64,000 nt of DNA, taken from NCBI GenBank assembly GCA_041576165.1, contig JBFGLM010000010.1, positions 48,284 through 112,283 of the forward strand. The letters are read 5' to 3'. Under the pieces are notes generated by a model, which was not told where the DNA came from, searched no databases, and worked only from the letters and a program-made list of their open reading frames with translations. The DNA comes from Acidimicrobiia bacterium. GTDB lineage: Bacteria; Actinomycetota; Acidimicrobiia; Spongiisociales; Spongiisociaceae. Shown piece after piece: positions 47,306 through 56,512 of this stretch (positions are counted from its first letter, which is position 1; each line of letters opens with the position of its first letter). A program made the position numbers and the translations under genes.

Positions 47306-48085
47306 ATGGCTCACCCGCACGTGACACTGCGAAATGGAATCGAGATGCCGATGCTCGGCTTTGGCACCTGGGAGCTGCGCCGCGAGGCGGAACGGGCGGT
47401 GGCAATGGCGCTAGAGACCGGATACCGCCACATCGATACGGCGGCGATGTATCGGAACGAAGCGGCGGTGGGTCGCGCAGTGCGGGCGAGCGGTGTGGCC
47501 CGCAGCGAGGTTTTCGTGACGACGAAGATCTGGAACAGCGACCATGGTTATGCGAGGAGCCGCAAGGCCCTCGACCGTAGCCGGCGGGAGCTGGACCTGG
47601 ATCCGATCGACTTGGTGTTGATTCACTGGCCGGGCGGACGCGATCGGCTCGAAACCTGGCGGATGCTGGAGGAACGTCTTGCAGACGGGACAATCCGGGC
47701 AATCGGTGTATCCAACTACGGCCCGGCCGACCTCGACCGGCTGTTGCAGGTGGCGGAGGTGGTCCCCCTGGTCAACCAGGTCGAGTTCAACCCGCTCGTC
47801 TACCGCCGCACCCGACCTTTGTTGGATCGCTGCAACGAGCTCGGCATTCAGCTCACGGCGTGGCGCCCGCTCATCAAAGGGAGACACCTCGATCATCCCG
47901 AGATCGTCGGAGTGGCAGACCGCCACTCCCGGACGCCCGCGCAAGTGCTGTTGCGCTGGGCGATCCAGCATCGCGTTGTTCCGCTCCCCAAGTCCGCGCA
48001 CGAGGACCGCATACGTTCGAACAGCCAGGTCTTCGACTTCGAATTGACGGAATCCGACATGGCTGTGCTCGACGAACTGGCCTGA
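47306..48085 (+). CDS. Aldo/keto reductase (DkgA-like)
   Basis: GFGTW, GYRHIDTAAMY, TTKIWN, LIHWP, IGVSNY, LPKS. TATTGT -10 just upstream (leaderless). Confidence 0.93.
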   Translation: MAHPHVTLRNGIEMPMLGFGTWELRREAERAVAMALETGYRHIDTAAMYRNEAAVGRAVRASGVARSEVFVTTKIWNSDHGYARSRKALDRSRRELDLDPIDLVLIHWPGGRDRLETWRMLEERLADGTIRAIGVSNYGPADLDRLLQVAEVVPLVNQVEFNPLVYRRTRPLLDRCNELGIQLTAWRPLIKGRHLDHPEIVGVADRHSRTPAQVLLRWAIQHRVVPLPKSAHEDRIRSNSQVFDFELTESDMAVLDELA

Positions 48086-48132
48086 CGTACGGGCTCGGCG
48101 GCGCAATCCGTCAATCTGCCTACCCTCCCCGT

Positions 48133-49356
48133 GTGCCGGGACCTGACACCTCCGACTCGACGACGCCGCCGCAGGCCCCGGACGGGCGGGTGCGCCTGCT
48201 GGGGGGCTACCCGATCACGACCTCGGTGCTGATCGGCATCGTCGGATCGTTTCCGCTGTTCCTGGCGGGCGCCTACGCAGTCCGCCTCCAGGAGGACTTG
48301 GGAGCCACGAAGTCCCAGTTCGGTTGGGCGGCCGCCGCGTATTTCGCTACTGCCACCGTGGCGTCTGCCCAGATCGGGCGGCTCATTGATCGATTCGGGT
48401 CTCGAATCGGGGGAGTGGCGGCGGCCGTCGGTGGGTGTGTGGCCTCGGTGTTCATAGGTGCAGCCGCCCGGTCCTGGTGGATGCTGGCAATCGGCCTGGG
48501 CATTACCGGCCTTTCGAATACCGCCGGCCAGCTAGCGGGCAATCGCATCCTCGCCGCCAGCGTCCGGCCGCGCCGCCAGGGAATCGGCTTCGGGGCCAAG
48601 CAGGCGTCGGTTCCGATCGGTTCGATCTTGGCCGGGATCGCAGTCTCGCTGCTGGGTGTCGACGTGTCGTGGCGGACCACGTTTGTCGTCTATGGACTGG
48701 TGGCGTTATCGCTGGCAGTGGTCGCGCCTGAGTTCGGGGCCGCTGGACGCGACGCGGTGAGCGGCAGCCGCCAAGGCGTCGGGGCCGACCGGCCGGCGTT
48801 GCTGGCGCTTTCTATCGGCGGAATGCTGATCGGCGCCACGGGGAATGCGTTGGCCGTCCTGGTGGTCGATGCGTTCGAAACAGCCGGATTTGGGGCGTCA
48901 GTGGCGGCCGCCACTTTGGCGTTTGGCGGTGCGTGCTCGGTGGTTGGTCGGATCCTGATCGGATGGGTGGTCGATCGCCGGGGCAGCGACGGGTACGCCG
49001 AGCTGCTGTTCGTCGTCGTCCTCGGGGTTGCCGGATTCGCCGCGCTGGCGGTGGCGGGTGGGAGCGTTCCGCTGCTCGTGATCGGCGTGGCGCTCGGTTT
49101 CGCCGCGGGATGGGGCTGGCCGGCCGTCATCTACCTGGTAACGGTTCGAGCCTCGACGGCGCCACCAGCGACGTCAACCGGATTCGTCCTCACGGGCGTG
49201 TTCTTCGGAGCCATCGTCGGGCCTCCGCTGATTGCCACCATCGCCGAGCGATTCTCCTACCCGGCGTCGTGGACTGCGGCGGCGGTGATGACCGGTCTGG
49301 CCGCCATTGGCATCGAGATCAGCCGCCGGTTGGCGACCGCCGGCCGGCAGGACTGA
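48133..49356 (+). CDS. MFS transporter
   Basis: Motif A GRLIDRFGSR, second-half GWVVDRRG, about 12 TM helices. TACCCT -10 just before the GTG. Confidence 0.9.
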   Translation: MPGPDTSDSTTPPQAPDGRVRLLGGYPITTSVLIGIVGSFPLFLAGAYAVRLQEDLGATKSQFGWAAAAYFATATVASAQIGRLIDRFGSRIGGVAAAVGGCVASVFIGAAARSWWMLAIGLGITGLSNTAGQLAGNRILAASVRPRRQGIGFGAKQASVPIGSILAGIAVSLLGVDVSWRTTFVVYGLVALSLAVVAPEFGAAGRDAVSGSRQGVGADRPALLALSIGGMLIGATGNALAVLVVDAFETAGFGASVAAATLAFGGACSVVGRILIGWVVDRRGSDGYAELLFVVVLGVAGFAALAVAGGSVPLLVIGVALGFAAGWGWPAVIYLVTVRASTAPPATSTGFVLTGVFFGAIVGPPLIATIAERFSYPASWTAAAVMTGLAAIGIEISRRLATAGRQD

Positions 49357-49390
49357 GCGACCCGCGCTGCCACGGGGTCGATTCGGCTCC

Positions 49391-51013
49391 TCAGTCGTAC
49401 TCGGCCCAGGCGCCGTAGCCGGGATGCTTGAACCGGTTGGGCACCTCGACGACCACCGGACCGTCTTCGTCCAGAGCCTCTACCACCGCCTCACCAACGC
49501 TCCCCAGGTCCTCCACTCGCACCCCGCGAGCTCCAAACGCTTCGGCCAGCGCAACGAAATCCGGGGGGCGCACGTCGACTCCGCTGTGGCGGCCGTACAA
49601 GTGTTCTTGATGCCGGCGTTCGACCCCGTAGCCCTCGTCGTTGAAGATCAGGACGATGACCGGGATGTTCTCCTCGACCGCGGTCATCAGGTCCTGGATC
49701 GTGAACATGACCCCGGCGTCACCGATGATGGCCACGACCGGATGCTGCGGCGTGGCGACTTTGGCGCCGATGGCAGCCGGCAGCGCGAAGCCGAGCGTCC
49801 CGAACCCCGAGGGAACGAACCAGGTGCGCGGCTGATGGGCCGGCCAGGCGGATCGGGCCCAGAACGCGATCGTGGTGGGATCGTTGAACACCCGGGCGTC
49901 CTCGGGTAGGGCAGCTCTGATCTGGTTGAGGACGTCGAGTTCTGGCGGATTCCCGATTGCGGCCCGAATCTTGTCGTGGGTCGTGGCCACTTCGTCGGTG
50001 CGCGGGATCAGGCCGCGGTAGCCACGCTGGGCGAGCACATCCAGGATCTGTGCCAACGCGAGCTTGGCATCCGCTACCACCGCCACTTCGACCGGGTAGT
50101 TCCGGCCGATCTCGGCCGGATCCAGGTCGATTTGGACGATCTGGGCGGGCAGGTCGAGTGACCAGCCGCCGGTGGGGAAGTACGAGAACCGGGTTCCGAC
50201 GGCGATCAGCAGATCTGACCGGCCGATCAGGTCGCGCACCGGCTGCTCGTTTGCCCAGTTGCCCACGTGCAGCGGATGATCCGAGCGGATGCTTCCCTTC
50301 CCGGCCTGTGAAGTGAGCACCGGCGCGCCGGTCAGTTCGACCAGACGAAGGAGCTCTTCCGAGGCCTCGGCGGCAATGACGCCTCCGCCGGCCCAGATCA
50401 CCGGCCGGCCGGCGGCCTCGATGGCTGCAGCAGCCGCCCGCACCTGGTCATCCGCAGGCGGAGCCGGTCGTCGTGGGGCCGGACGATGGTTGCTCGCTTC
50501 GCTCATCTGATCGAACGCTTCGGCCCCGATTTCGACGACGGCGGGGCGCGGGCGCCGGTTGCGGAGCGCTTGCATGGCTCGATGCACTGCCGCCGGGATC
50601 TCGGCGGCCAGAGCTACTTGGGCGCCGAAATCGCTCACCGGGCGGAAGATGCCGAATTGATCGGAGATGTCGTGGAAGTAGCCGCGACCCTTACGCCGAA
50701 CGTGTGCCGGGTTCTCGTTCATGATGTGCAGGACGGCCGAGCTGTCGTTGAAGGCGGTGGCCATTGGTGTGAGTGTGTTGAGGGCTCCGGGACCGCCGCA
50801 GGTGAGGGCTACGCCGATCCGGCCGCTGGATCGTGCGTATCCGTCGGCCATGAACACTGCACCTTGTTCGTGGCGGACGTTGATCGATCGCATGCTCGGA
50901 TAGTCGAGAAAGGCGTCGTACACGCCAAGGGTTGCGACGCCGGGTATGCCGAACACCGTGTCAACACCTTCGGCCAGCAGTGATTCGATCAGTACGTGTG
51001 CTCCGTCCCGCAT
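49391..51013 (-). CDS. ThDP-dependent enzyme (ALS/decarboxylase-like)
   Basis: VFGIPG, RHEQGAVFMADGYAR, GFGTLGF, GDAG...ND. Confidence 0.92.
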   Translation of the reverse strand: MRDGAHVLIESLLAEGVDTVFGIPGVATLGVYDAFLDYPSMRSINVRHEQGAVFMADGYARSSGRIGVALTCGGPGALNTLTPMATAFNDSSAVLHIMNENPAHVRRKGRGYFHDISDQFGIFRPVSDFGAQVALAAEIPAAVHRAMQALRNRRPRPAVVEIGAEAFDQMSEASNHRPAPRRPAPPADDQVRAAAAAIEAAGRPVIWAGGGVIAAEASEELLRLVELTGAPVLTSQAGKGSIRSDHPLHVGNWANEQPVRDLIGRSDLLIAVGTRFSYFPTGGWSLDLPAQIVQIDLDPAEIGRNYPVEVAVVADAKLALAQILDVLAQRGYRGLIPRTDEVATTHDKIRAAIGNPPELDVLNQIRAALPEDARVFNDPTTIAFWARSAWPAHQPRTWFVPSGFGTLGFALPAAIGAKVATPQHPVVAIIGDAGVMFTIQDLMTAVEENIPVIVLIFNDEGYGVERRHQEHLYGRHSGVDVRPPDFVALAEAFGARGVRVEDLGSVGEAVVEALDEDGPVVVEVPNRFKHPGYGAWAEYD

Positions 51014-51037
51014 CGGTATCCGTTCTCTGGGGCTGCG

Positions 51038-51051
51038 GCATTATGCAGGAT
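51038..51051. promoter_or_regulatory. Candidate shared operator GCATTATGCAGGAT in the divergent promoter region
   Basis: 13/14 match to 6745-6758. Confidence 0.4.
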
Positions 51052-51135
51052 CGAGGGCGGCCCCACGTCAGGTTGCTTCCGCCGGGCTGGCAAATGGTTG
51101 CTTGAATGCCACCGGAAAGTCGTTCGGAGTTCCCC

Positions 51136-52233
51136 ATGGTCGAGTCTGCCCCGCTTCCTCCCGGTACGGTCCGAATACCTGCCCACCGGCTGCGGGAGTT
51201 CGTGCGCGACGCCTTCTTGTCGTGTGGTGTACCCCAGGTGGATTCCGAGTTGATTGCCGAGGTGCTGGTGACCGCCGATCTGCGCGGCATCCGCAGCCAC
51301 GGCGTCGCGCGGATCCCGTACTTCCTGGTGCGTCTCGAACGCGGCACCATGAACGTCCACCCGAAGATGACCTTCCGGAGCGGCAGCGACACGACCGGAC
51401 TGCTCGACGCCGACAACGGGATCGGAATCGTCGCTGCAGAACGGGCCATGGCTGAAGCGCTCGTCATGGCCCGCAAACACGGCAGCGGGTTTGTGGCCGT
51501 CGCCGACAGCAGCCATTTCGGGTATGCCGGTTATTGGGCCGAGCGGGCGATGCAGCATGGCTGCATCGGTCTCAGCCTGTCCAACAGCGGAGGCCGCACC
51601 ACCCCCACGTTCGGCGCCGAGTCCCTGCTTGGCACGAACCCGATGAGCGTGACCATCCCCGGCGGCGAAGGCAAGACCGATTTCTACCTGGACATGGCCA
51701 CGTCGGCCGTAGCTGTCGGCAAGATCGAGACGGCCCTCCGCGAAGGACGCACCCCCGGGCCGGGATGGGTATCCACCGCGGCCGGTGAGCCACGGTTGGA
51801 CGAACGAGGAGTGCTGACCTACGACGCCCCGTTGTTGCCGCTGGGTGGCGAGGGTGACGAGTCGGGCGGCCACAAAGGATACGGGCTGAACCTGATGGTG
51901 GAGCTGCTGTGCGGCGCGCTCTCGGGGACCGGGCTCAAGGAACGGATCGCGGGCGCCAGTGGCCGGGCCCCGTCGGCGATGGCGCAGCTGATGGGCGCGA
52001 TCCGGATCGATGGCTTCCGGCCCCTGGAAGACGTCCAGGCCGACATGGCCGAGACTTTCGCCATCGTTCGGGGCGCGCAGAAGGCGCCGGGGCATGACCG
52101 GATCTTCATCCACGGCGAACCGGAAGCCATCTTGATGGACGAAAACATTCGGCTGGGGGTGCCGGTCACCCCCGCCATCATGGACCAGCTGCGGTGGGTG
52201 GACGGCCATCTCGAGTTGGGGTACGGCTGGTGA
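51136..52233 (+). CDS. Ldh_2 (malate/L-lactate/sulfolactate dehydrogenase, ComC-like) family oxidoreductase
   Basis: ADLRGIRSHG, GTNP, DMATS, GHKGYGL. Confidence 0.9.
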   Translation: MVESAPLPPGTVRIPAHRLREFVRDAFLSCGVPQVDSELIAEVLVTADLRGIRSHGVARIPYFLVRLERGTMNVHPKMTFRSGSDTTGLLDADNGIGIVAAERAMAEALVMARKHGSGFVAVADSSHFGYAGYWAERAMQHGCIGLSLSNSGGRTTPTFGAESLLGTNPMSVTIPGGEGKTDFYLDMATSAVAVGKIETALREGRTPGPGWVSTAAGEPRLDERGVLTYDAPLLPLGGEGDESGGHKGYGLNLMVELLCGALSGTGLKERIAGASGRAPSAMAQLMGAIRIDGFRPLEDVQADMAETFAIVRGAQKAPGHDRIFIHGEPEAILMDENIRLGVPVTPAIMDQLRWVDGHLELGYGW

Positions 52234-52733
52234 GCGGCGCCAGCGGCGCCGCTGCGGTCGCCGAGATCGAACGCCTCGGGTTCACCCATGCCCTGGTCAT
52301 TCCGGACAGCGAGAGCCGCCGGCTGGTGGAGGCGCTCGAGGCGAGTCCGCACCTCGAGGTGATCTCTCCATGCCGGGAGGGCGAGTCGATCGCGATCGCT
52401 GCAGGGCTGTGGACAGGGGGGGCCAAGCCGCTGCTGGTCATCCAGAACACCGGCCTGATGGAAGCAGGTGACGCGTTACGCGGCTGCGGCGTAGGCCCCT
52501 CGATTCCATTGCGGATGCTGGTCGGCTGGCGCGGATATGCTGGAGCCGTGGCCGGACGTTTACCGATCGACTCGGCCTATCCGTACACCGAGCCGCTGCT
52601 AGCGGCCTGGGGCATTCCGAGCTGGTGGCTGACCTCCGACGACGACCTCGGCGTGATCGAAACAATGGACACCCGAGCCGCGGCGACATCCCGCCCGGCT
52701 GCCGTCCTCTGCTGTTACGGATTCAACCCATGA
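52230..52733 (+). CDS. Sulfopyruvate/phosphonopyruvate decarboxylase alpha-subunit-like (ComD-like)
   Basis: IPDS, REGESIAIAAGLWTGG..P...QNTGL. GTGA overlap. Confidence 0.8.
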   Translation: MSGASGAAAVAEIERLGFTHALVIPDSESRRLVEALEASPHLEVISPCREGESIAIAAGLWTGGAKPLLVIQNTGLMEAGDALRGCGVGPSIPLRMLVGWRGYAGAVAGRLPIDSAYPYTEPLLAAWGIPSWWLTSDDDLGVIETMDTRAAATSRPAAVLCCYGFNP

Positions 52734-53338
52734 TCGAACGGATGGATCTGTTTCGGGCGCTGGTGGTTCGGCGGACCGACGAGATCGTTGTCATGACCAT
52801 GACCGCCACCCTGCAGTGGCCGCTGGTGTCGGACCATGAACTCGATTTCGACTTTCTCGCTTTTGGAATGGGCCACGCCTCGGATTTCGGGATGGGTCTG
52901 GCCCTAGCCCGACCGGAGCGCAAAGTCATCGTCTTCAAGGGCGACGGCGGACTGCTCATGAGCCTCGGGTCACTGGTGACCCTCGGGAGGTATGGGCCCG
53001 AGAACTTGCTCATCCTACTGCTGGAAAACCGTGCCTACGAGATGACGGGCGGCCAGCCGCTGGCCCCAGGCCCGGACTTTGCCGCTCTGGCGCGGGCGGC
53101 CGGCGTGGACGGGGGCGGTGCCACCGGGCGCGGCAAGGTGGAACAGCTCGAAACGCTGGAGCGGTTCGAGCGTGAGCTCTCCCGGTTGCTCACTGAACCG
53201 GGCCCCCATTTCGTCGTGCTCCCGATCCAGAGCTCTGAGCCCCTCCCGGCCGTAAACCACACCGACCACCATGAGCGTGTCCAGCGGCTTCGAGCCGCAT
53301 TAGGGGTCGGCCCAGGAAGTCAGGCCAGCCGCCGGTAG
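52730..53338 (+). CDS. Sulfopyruvate/phosphonopyruvate decarboxylase beta-subunit-like (ComE-like)
   Basis: MGHAS..GMGLALARPERKV, GDGGLLMSLGSL, NRAYEMTGGQP. ATGA overlap. Confidence 0.82.
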   Translation: MIERMDLFRALVVRRTDEIVVMTMTATLQWPLVSDHELDFDFLAFGMGHASDFGMGLALARPERKVIVFKGDGGLLMSLGSLVTLGRYGPENLLILLLENRAYEMTGGQPLAPGPDFAALARAAGVDGGGATGRGKVEQLETLERFERELSRLLTEPGPHFVVLPIQSSEPLPAVNHTDHHERVQRLRAALGVGPGSQASRR

Positions 53339-53829
53339 CGGCCGCGGAAATGCTGCAGAGGATCCACCAGATCCGACACCTCCACCCGCTCCACCTCGCC
53401 GATCACCACCCCCGAGTGGGCGACCTCCTCCAATCGGAGCAGGCGACAGAAGGCACGGTCGCCCAGATCTGCCAGCACCGGCCCCCACTCGGTGTCGGCG
53501 ACGTCGATTCCCGCGAACGGTCCACCGGGGTTGGGACGCAGACCTGCGAAGATGTCGGCCAGGCCCAGGTGGTCGAAGCGGCAGACGTGCACGACGAAAC
53601 GTCCAGTCTCCCGGATCGATCCCCACAGATCATTGAGCGGACCCACGATTGCATGGACCTGGCCCGGTTCTCCTTCAATGACGTACAGCGATGACACCGT
53701 CAGGCCCGCCCGCCCGGTGCCTGCGCCAGCAGTGACGATGGTGACCGGTGCCGCCAGCCTGCCCCGAAAGCGCCGGACCGGGTCGCGTTCGGCCTCCGAG
53801 GGGATGAATGGATGCTCGGAAGAGATCAT
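53320..53829 (-). CDS. Flavin reductase-like protein
   Basis: RRFRGRLAAPVTIVT, GLTVSS, HSGVVIGEV, PLQHFRGRY. Confidence 0.88.
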   Translation of the reverse strand: MISSEHPFIPSEAERDPVRRFRGRLAAPVTIVTAGAGTGRAGLTVSSLYVIEGEPGQVHAIVGPLNDLWGSIRETGRFVVHVCRFDHLGLADIFAGLRPNPGGPFAGIDVADTEWGPVLADLGDRAFCRLLRLEEVAHSGVVIGEVERVEVSDLVDPLQHFRGRYRRLA

Positions 53830-53906
53830 GCGTGGCTACCCCGCATCCGGTGCGGTGGGGGCGAACTCCGGCCGCCGGCGCCGCCCTTGTCGCCGGCTGG
53901 AGCGGG

Positions 53907-54989
53907 TCATGTGGCGAAGCGCAGGAGCGCATCCGCCGTGAACTCCACGCCGTGGCCGGGAACGTCGGGGACCTCGATGGCCCCGTCGATCACTGGGAAC
54001 TCCCGAGTCAGCACGTCCGCCGGAATCAGCTCGGCGTATTCGCACATGTAGCCCATCGGCGATGCTCCCACCAAGCTGATCGACAGTTCGTGCCACAGGT
54101 GACTGCTCAGCGACACGTTGAAGGCGTCCGCCAGGGCCCCGACTCGCCGGAATTCGGTCACCCCGCCCACCCGGCCAACGTCCGGCTGCAGAAAATCGGC
54201 GGCCCGCCGGTCGAGGATCTCGCGGAATTCCCACCGGAAGTAGGCATTCTCGCCGGTGGCGATCGGAACCGGGGACGATTGGGCGACTGCGGCCAGGTCG
54301 TCGATGCTGTCTGCGAGCACCGGTTCCTCCAGCCAGGTCACGCCGTACTCGTTGAGCATCCGTGCATGCTCCAGCGCCTCCCGCACATTGAACCGCTGGT
54401 TGGCGTCGGCCAGAAGGGTGACATGATCGCCCAGTTCCTTGCGCAGCAAAGCAGTTCGCTCCCGATCATGAGCCGTGCCGGTCTTGTACTTGTACGCAGT
54501 GATGCCCATTTCCATGAAGCCCTCGGCATCCTGGATCAGCTCGGCGTCCGTCAGTGTGTGCCAGCCTCCGCTGCCGTAGACCGGGACGGTCCGGCGGAAC
54601 CCGCCCAGCAGCGTGGTCAACGGAAGTCCCGCCGCCTTCGCCACGATGTCCCACAGGGCGACATCGATCGCCGAGAGTGCCCACGCCCCGATGCCGGCCC
54701 GCAACCTCGGTTTGTTGGGAGACCACATCTTCACCCACAAGGCCTCGGGCGAGAGGGCATCCTCACCAAGGATGCGGGGCGCCAGCTCGGCGTCGATGTA
54801 CGGAACCATCGCCCGGCTTGCCTCGCCGCCGAGCAGTGCCGAGAACCCGGTGCCGGCCGGCCCACCATCGGTTGCCACTGCCACCACGGTGCAGTCAACG
54901 TGGGTGTAACGGCCGAGGGCGCTGGCGATCGGGCGAGCGAGCGGCAAGTGAAGCGAAGCCGCAGAAACATCGGTGATCTTCAAGGACAT
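53907..54989 (-). CDS. Mandelate racemase/muconate lactonising enzyme family (acid-sugar dehydratase-like)
   Basis: SAIDVALWD, KxK (YKYK), DAN, EEP, GEN, QPD and the catalytic His in SSH. Confidence 0.92.
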   Translation of the reverse strand: MSLKITDVSAASLHLPLARPIASALGRYTHVDCTVVAVATDGGPAGTGFSALLGGEASRAMVPYIDAELAPRILGEDALSPEALWVKMWSPNKPRLRAGIGAWALSAIDVALWDIVAKAAGLPLTTLLGGFRRTVPVYGSGGWHTLTDAELIQDAEGFMEMGITAYKYKTGTAHDRERTALLRKELGDHVTLLADANQRFNVREALEHARMLNEYGVTWLEEPVLADSIDDLAAVAQSSPVPIATGENAYFRWEFREILDRRAADFLQPDVGRVGGVTEFRRVGALADAFNVSLSSHLWHELSISLVGASPMGYMCEYAELIPADVLTREFPVIDGAIEVPDVPGHGVEFTADALLRFAT

Positions 54990-55014
54990 GAAATGACTCC
55001 GTTCCCGCTCTCCG

Positions 55015-56292
55015 TCAACTGCACGAACCCCGGGGTTGGGCGGCCCAAACCGAGCCGTCGTGGCCGGCGACGACGATATACAAGTCACCGACGGCCACTC
55101 CGTGTGCTTCGATCTCGTCCGGGACCCGCTCCCAGCACTCGCCATCGAGCGAGATCCAGGCTGACGTCTGCGGTGCATTGGGTTTGGTGCCGAGGATGAT
55201 CCAGCCGGCCGGCCCGGACGCGATCTGGGTCGGTTGATATGAAGCGAAGTTGGCGATGTCGAGCGTCACCCGGCGTCGCCATTCCAGACCGTCAGCCGAC
55301 TCCCACATCGCCGGGCGCTCGGCACCGATGCCGCCGACGGCAATCAAGCGCCCGTTGCGGGCGGCAGCGTCGTAGACATAGGCGCCGGGTTGGAACGGCG
55401 ATGACTCGGTGCGCCGCTCCCACACGAGTCCGTCTGACGTCGTCCAAATCGCCGGTTCGCATACCGGCCACACGCCGTGTGGTCGCTCACCCCCGCCCGA
55501 CACCAGCGCCAGCAGTCCCGGTGGTGACTCGACAAACGGCACGTAGTCGGGCGAGCCGGCCCGCGGCGGCCGGCAGACATCTGGGCCGAGCGGCGACGTG
55601 GCGGCTTCCCACGGATCCCGCAGCTCGCGGCTCCACACCCCGACCGGTACGACGACCTCAGCCGAACCCTCGGCGCTCCTGGCGTACAGCTCGCCTTCCG
55701 GCGACTGGAGAAGGAGGTATCCACCGAAGAAGGTGAGGCCGGGTAGCCGGGAGAGATAGCCCCGTCGGACCAGGACCGGCAGCTCGATCGGCTGTGGGTC
55801 GACCCAGTGGCCGTCCTGGGCGGTGAACGACCACGCCATGGCATCGCGATACGCCACCAGCTCGTCACCGGCCGGTGTCACGCCCCGTGGGGTGAAATCG
55901 AGCTGGGCGGCCGACCAGCGCAAACCGTATCGTGACCACAGCAGCGCGGCCGGGCCCTCGCCCGGTCGGGAGATGGCCGTGAATCCGTGATCGCCCCAGA
56001 TCAGGCTGTCGGGTATCAGATCCTCGAGCGGGTATTGCGCGAGCTGCCAGGTGCTCTGAGGCGCAGCGGGCAGCAACGGGGCGGACGTCGGGGTCGGGCC
56101 GGCTCGTCCTTCGGTGTCTGGAGGCAGGTTCTCCGCAAGCCGGTCGCCGGACAAGCCGCCGATGGCGAAGAAGAGAACGACCGCCGTGATGACGGCTCCG
56201 ATCGCCGGCCACAGTCGTGGTGACTGCCGGGACGGCACGGGGCTGCTCCCCACGGTGGGTTCGCGGCTGCTGCGGTTGCGGGTAGAGGTCAT
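55015..56292 (-). CDS. Membrane-anchored hypothetical protein with Asp-box-like repeats (beta-propeller)
   Basis: N-terminal TM helix and repeats WTTSDGLVW, WESADGLEW, WISLDGECW. Confidence 0.7.
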   Translation of the reverse strand: MTSTRNRSSREPTVGSSPVPSRQSPRLWPAIGAVITAVVLFFAIGGLSGDRLAENLPPDTEGRAGPTPTSAPLLPAAPQSTWQLAQYPLEDLIPDSLIWGDHGFTAISRPGEGPAALLWSRYGLRWSAAQLDFTPRGVTPAGDELVAYRDAMAWSFTAQDGHWVDPQPIELPVLVRRGYLSRLPGLTFFGGYLLLQSPEGELYARSAEGSAEVVVPVGVWSRELRDPWEAATSPLGPDVCRPPRAGSPDYVPFVESPPGLLALVSGGGERPHGVWPVCEPAIWTTSDGLVWERRTESSPFQPGAYVYDAAARNGRLIAVGGIGAERPAMWESADGLEWRRRVTLDIANFASYQPTQIASGPAGWIILGTKPNAPQTSAWISLDGECWERVPDEIEAHGVAVGDLYIVVAGHDGSVWAAQPRGSCS

Positions 56293-56512
56293 CGGATCGC
56301 CCGATACTCCAGACTGCTCCGAGAATACTCCCGCGCCACGACCGAGCCTTCATCGTGCCACGGTTGAGACTCAAAATCCGGTCACAACTCAACCCCGTTT
56401 CCGCCGCCGCAGAATTCGTATCTCATATATGATGCATCAGTGTCGCCGCCGGCGTGCCGGTGGTGATGTTGCGGCTCCGGCCGCAGTACGCGAAAGGGAG
56501 GAAGTGCACAGC

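Noticed and set aside
49391-51013. Sulfoacetaldehyde acetyltransferase Xsc
   Set aside because: The N-terminus (FGIPGVATL) is generic ALS/decarboxylase-like and lacks the Xsc-type FGIIGSA. No pta is nearby.
52230-53338. Phosphonate biosynthesis cluster
   Set aside because: No PEP mutase (EDK...NS motif) or nucleotidyltransferase was seen in the window.
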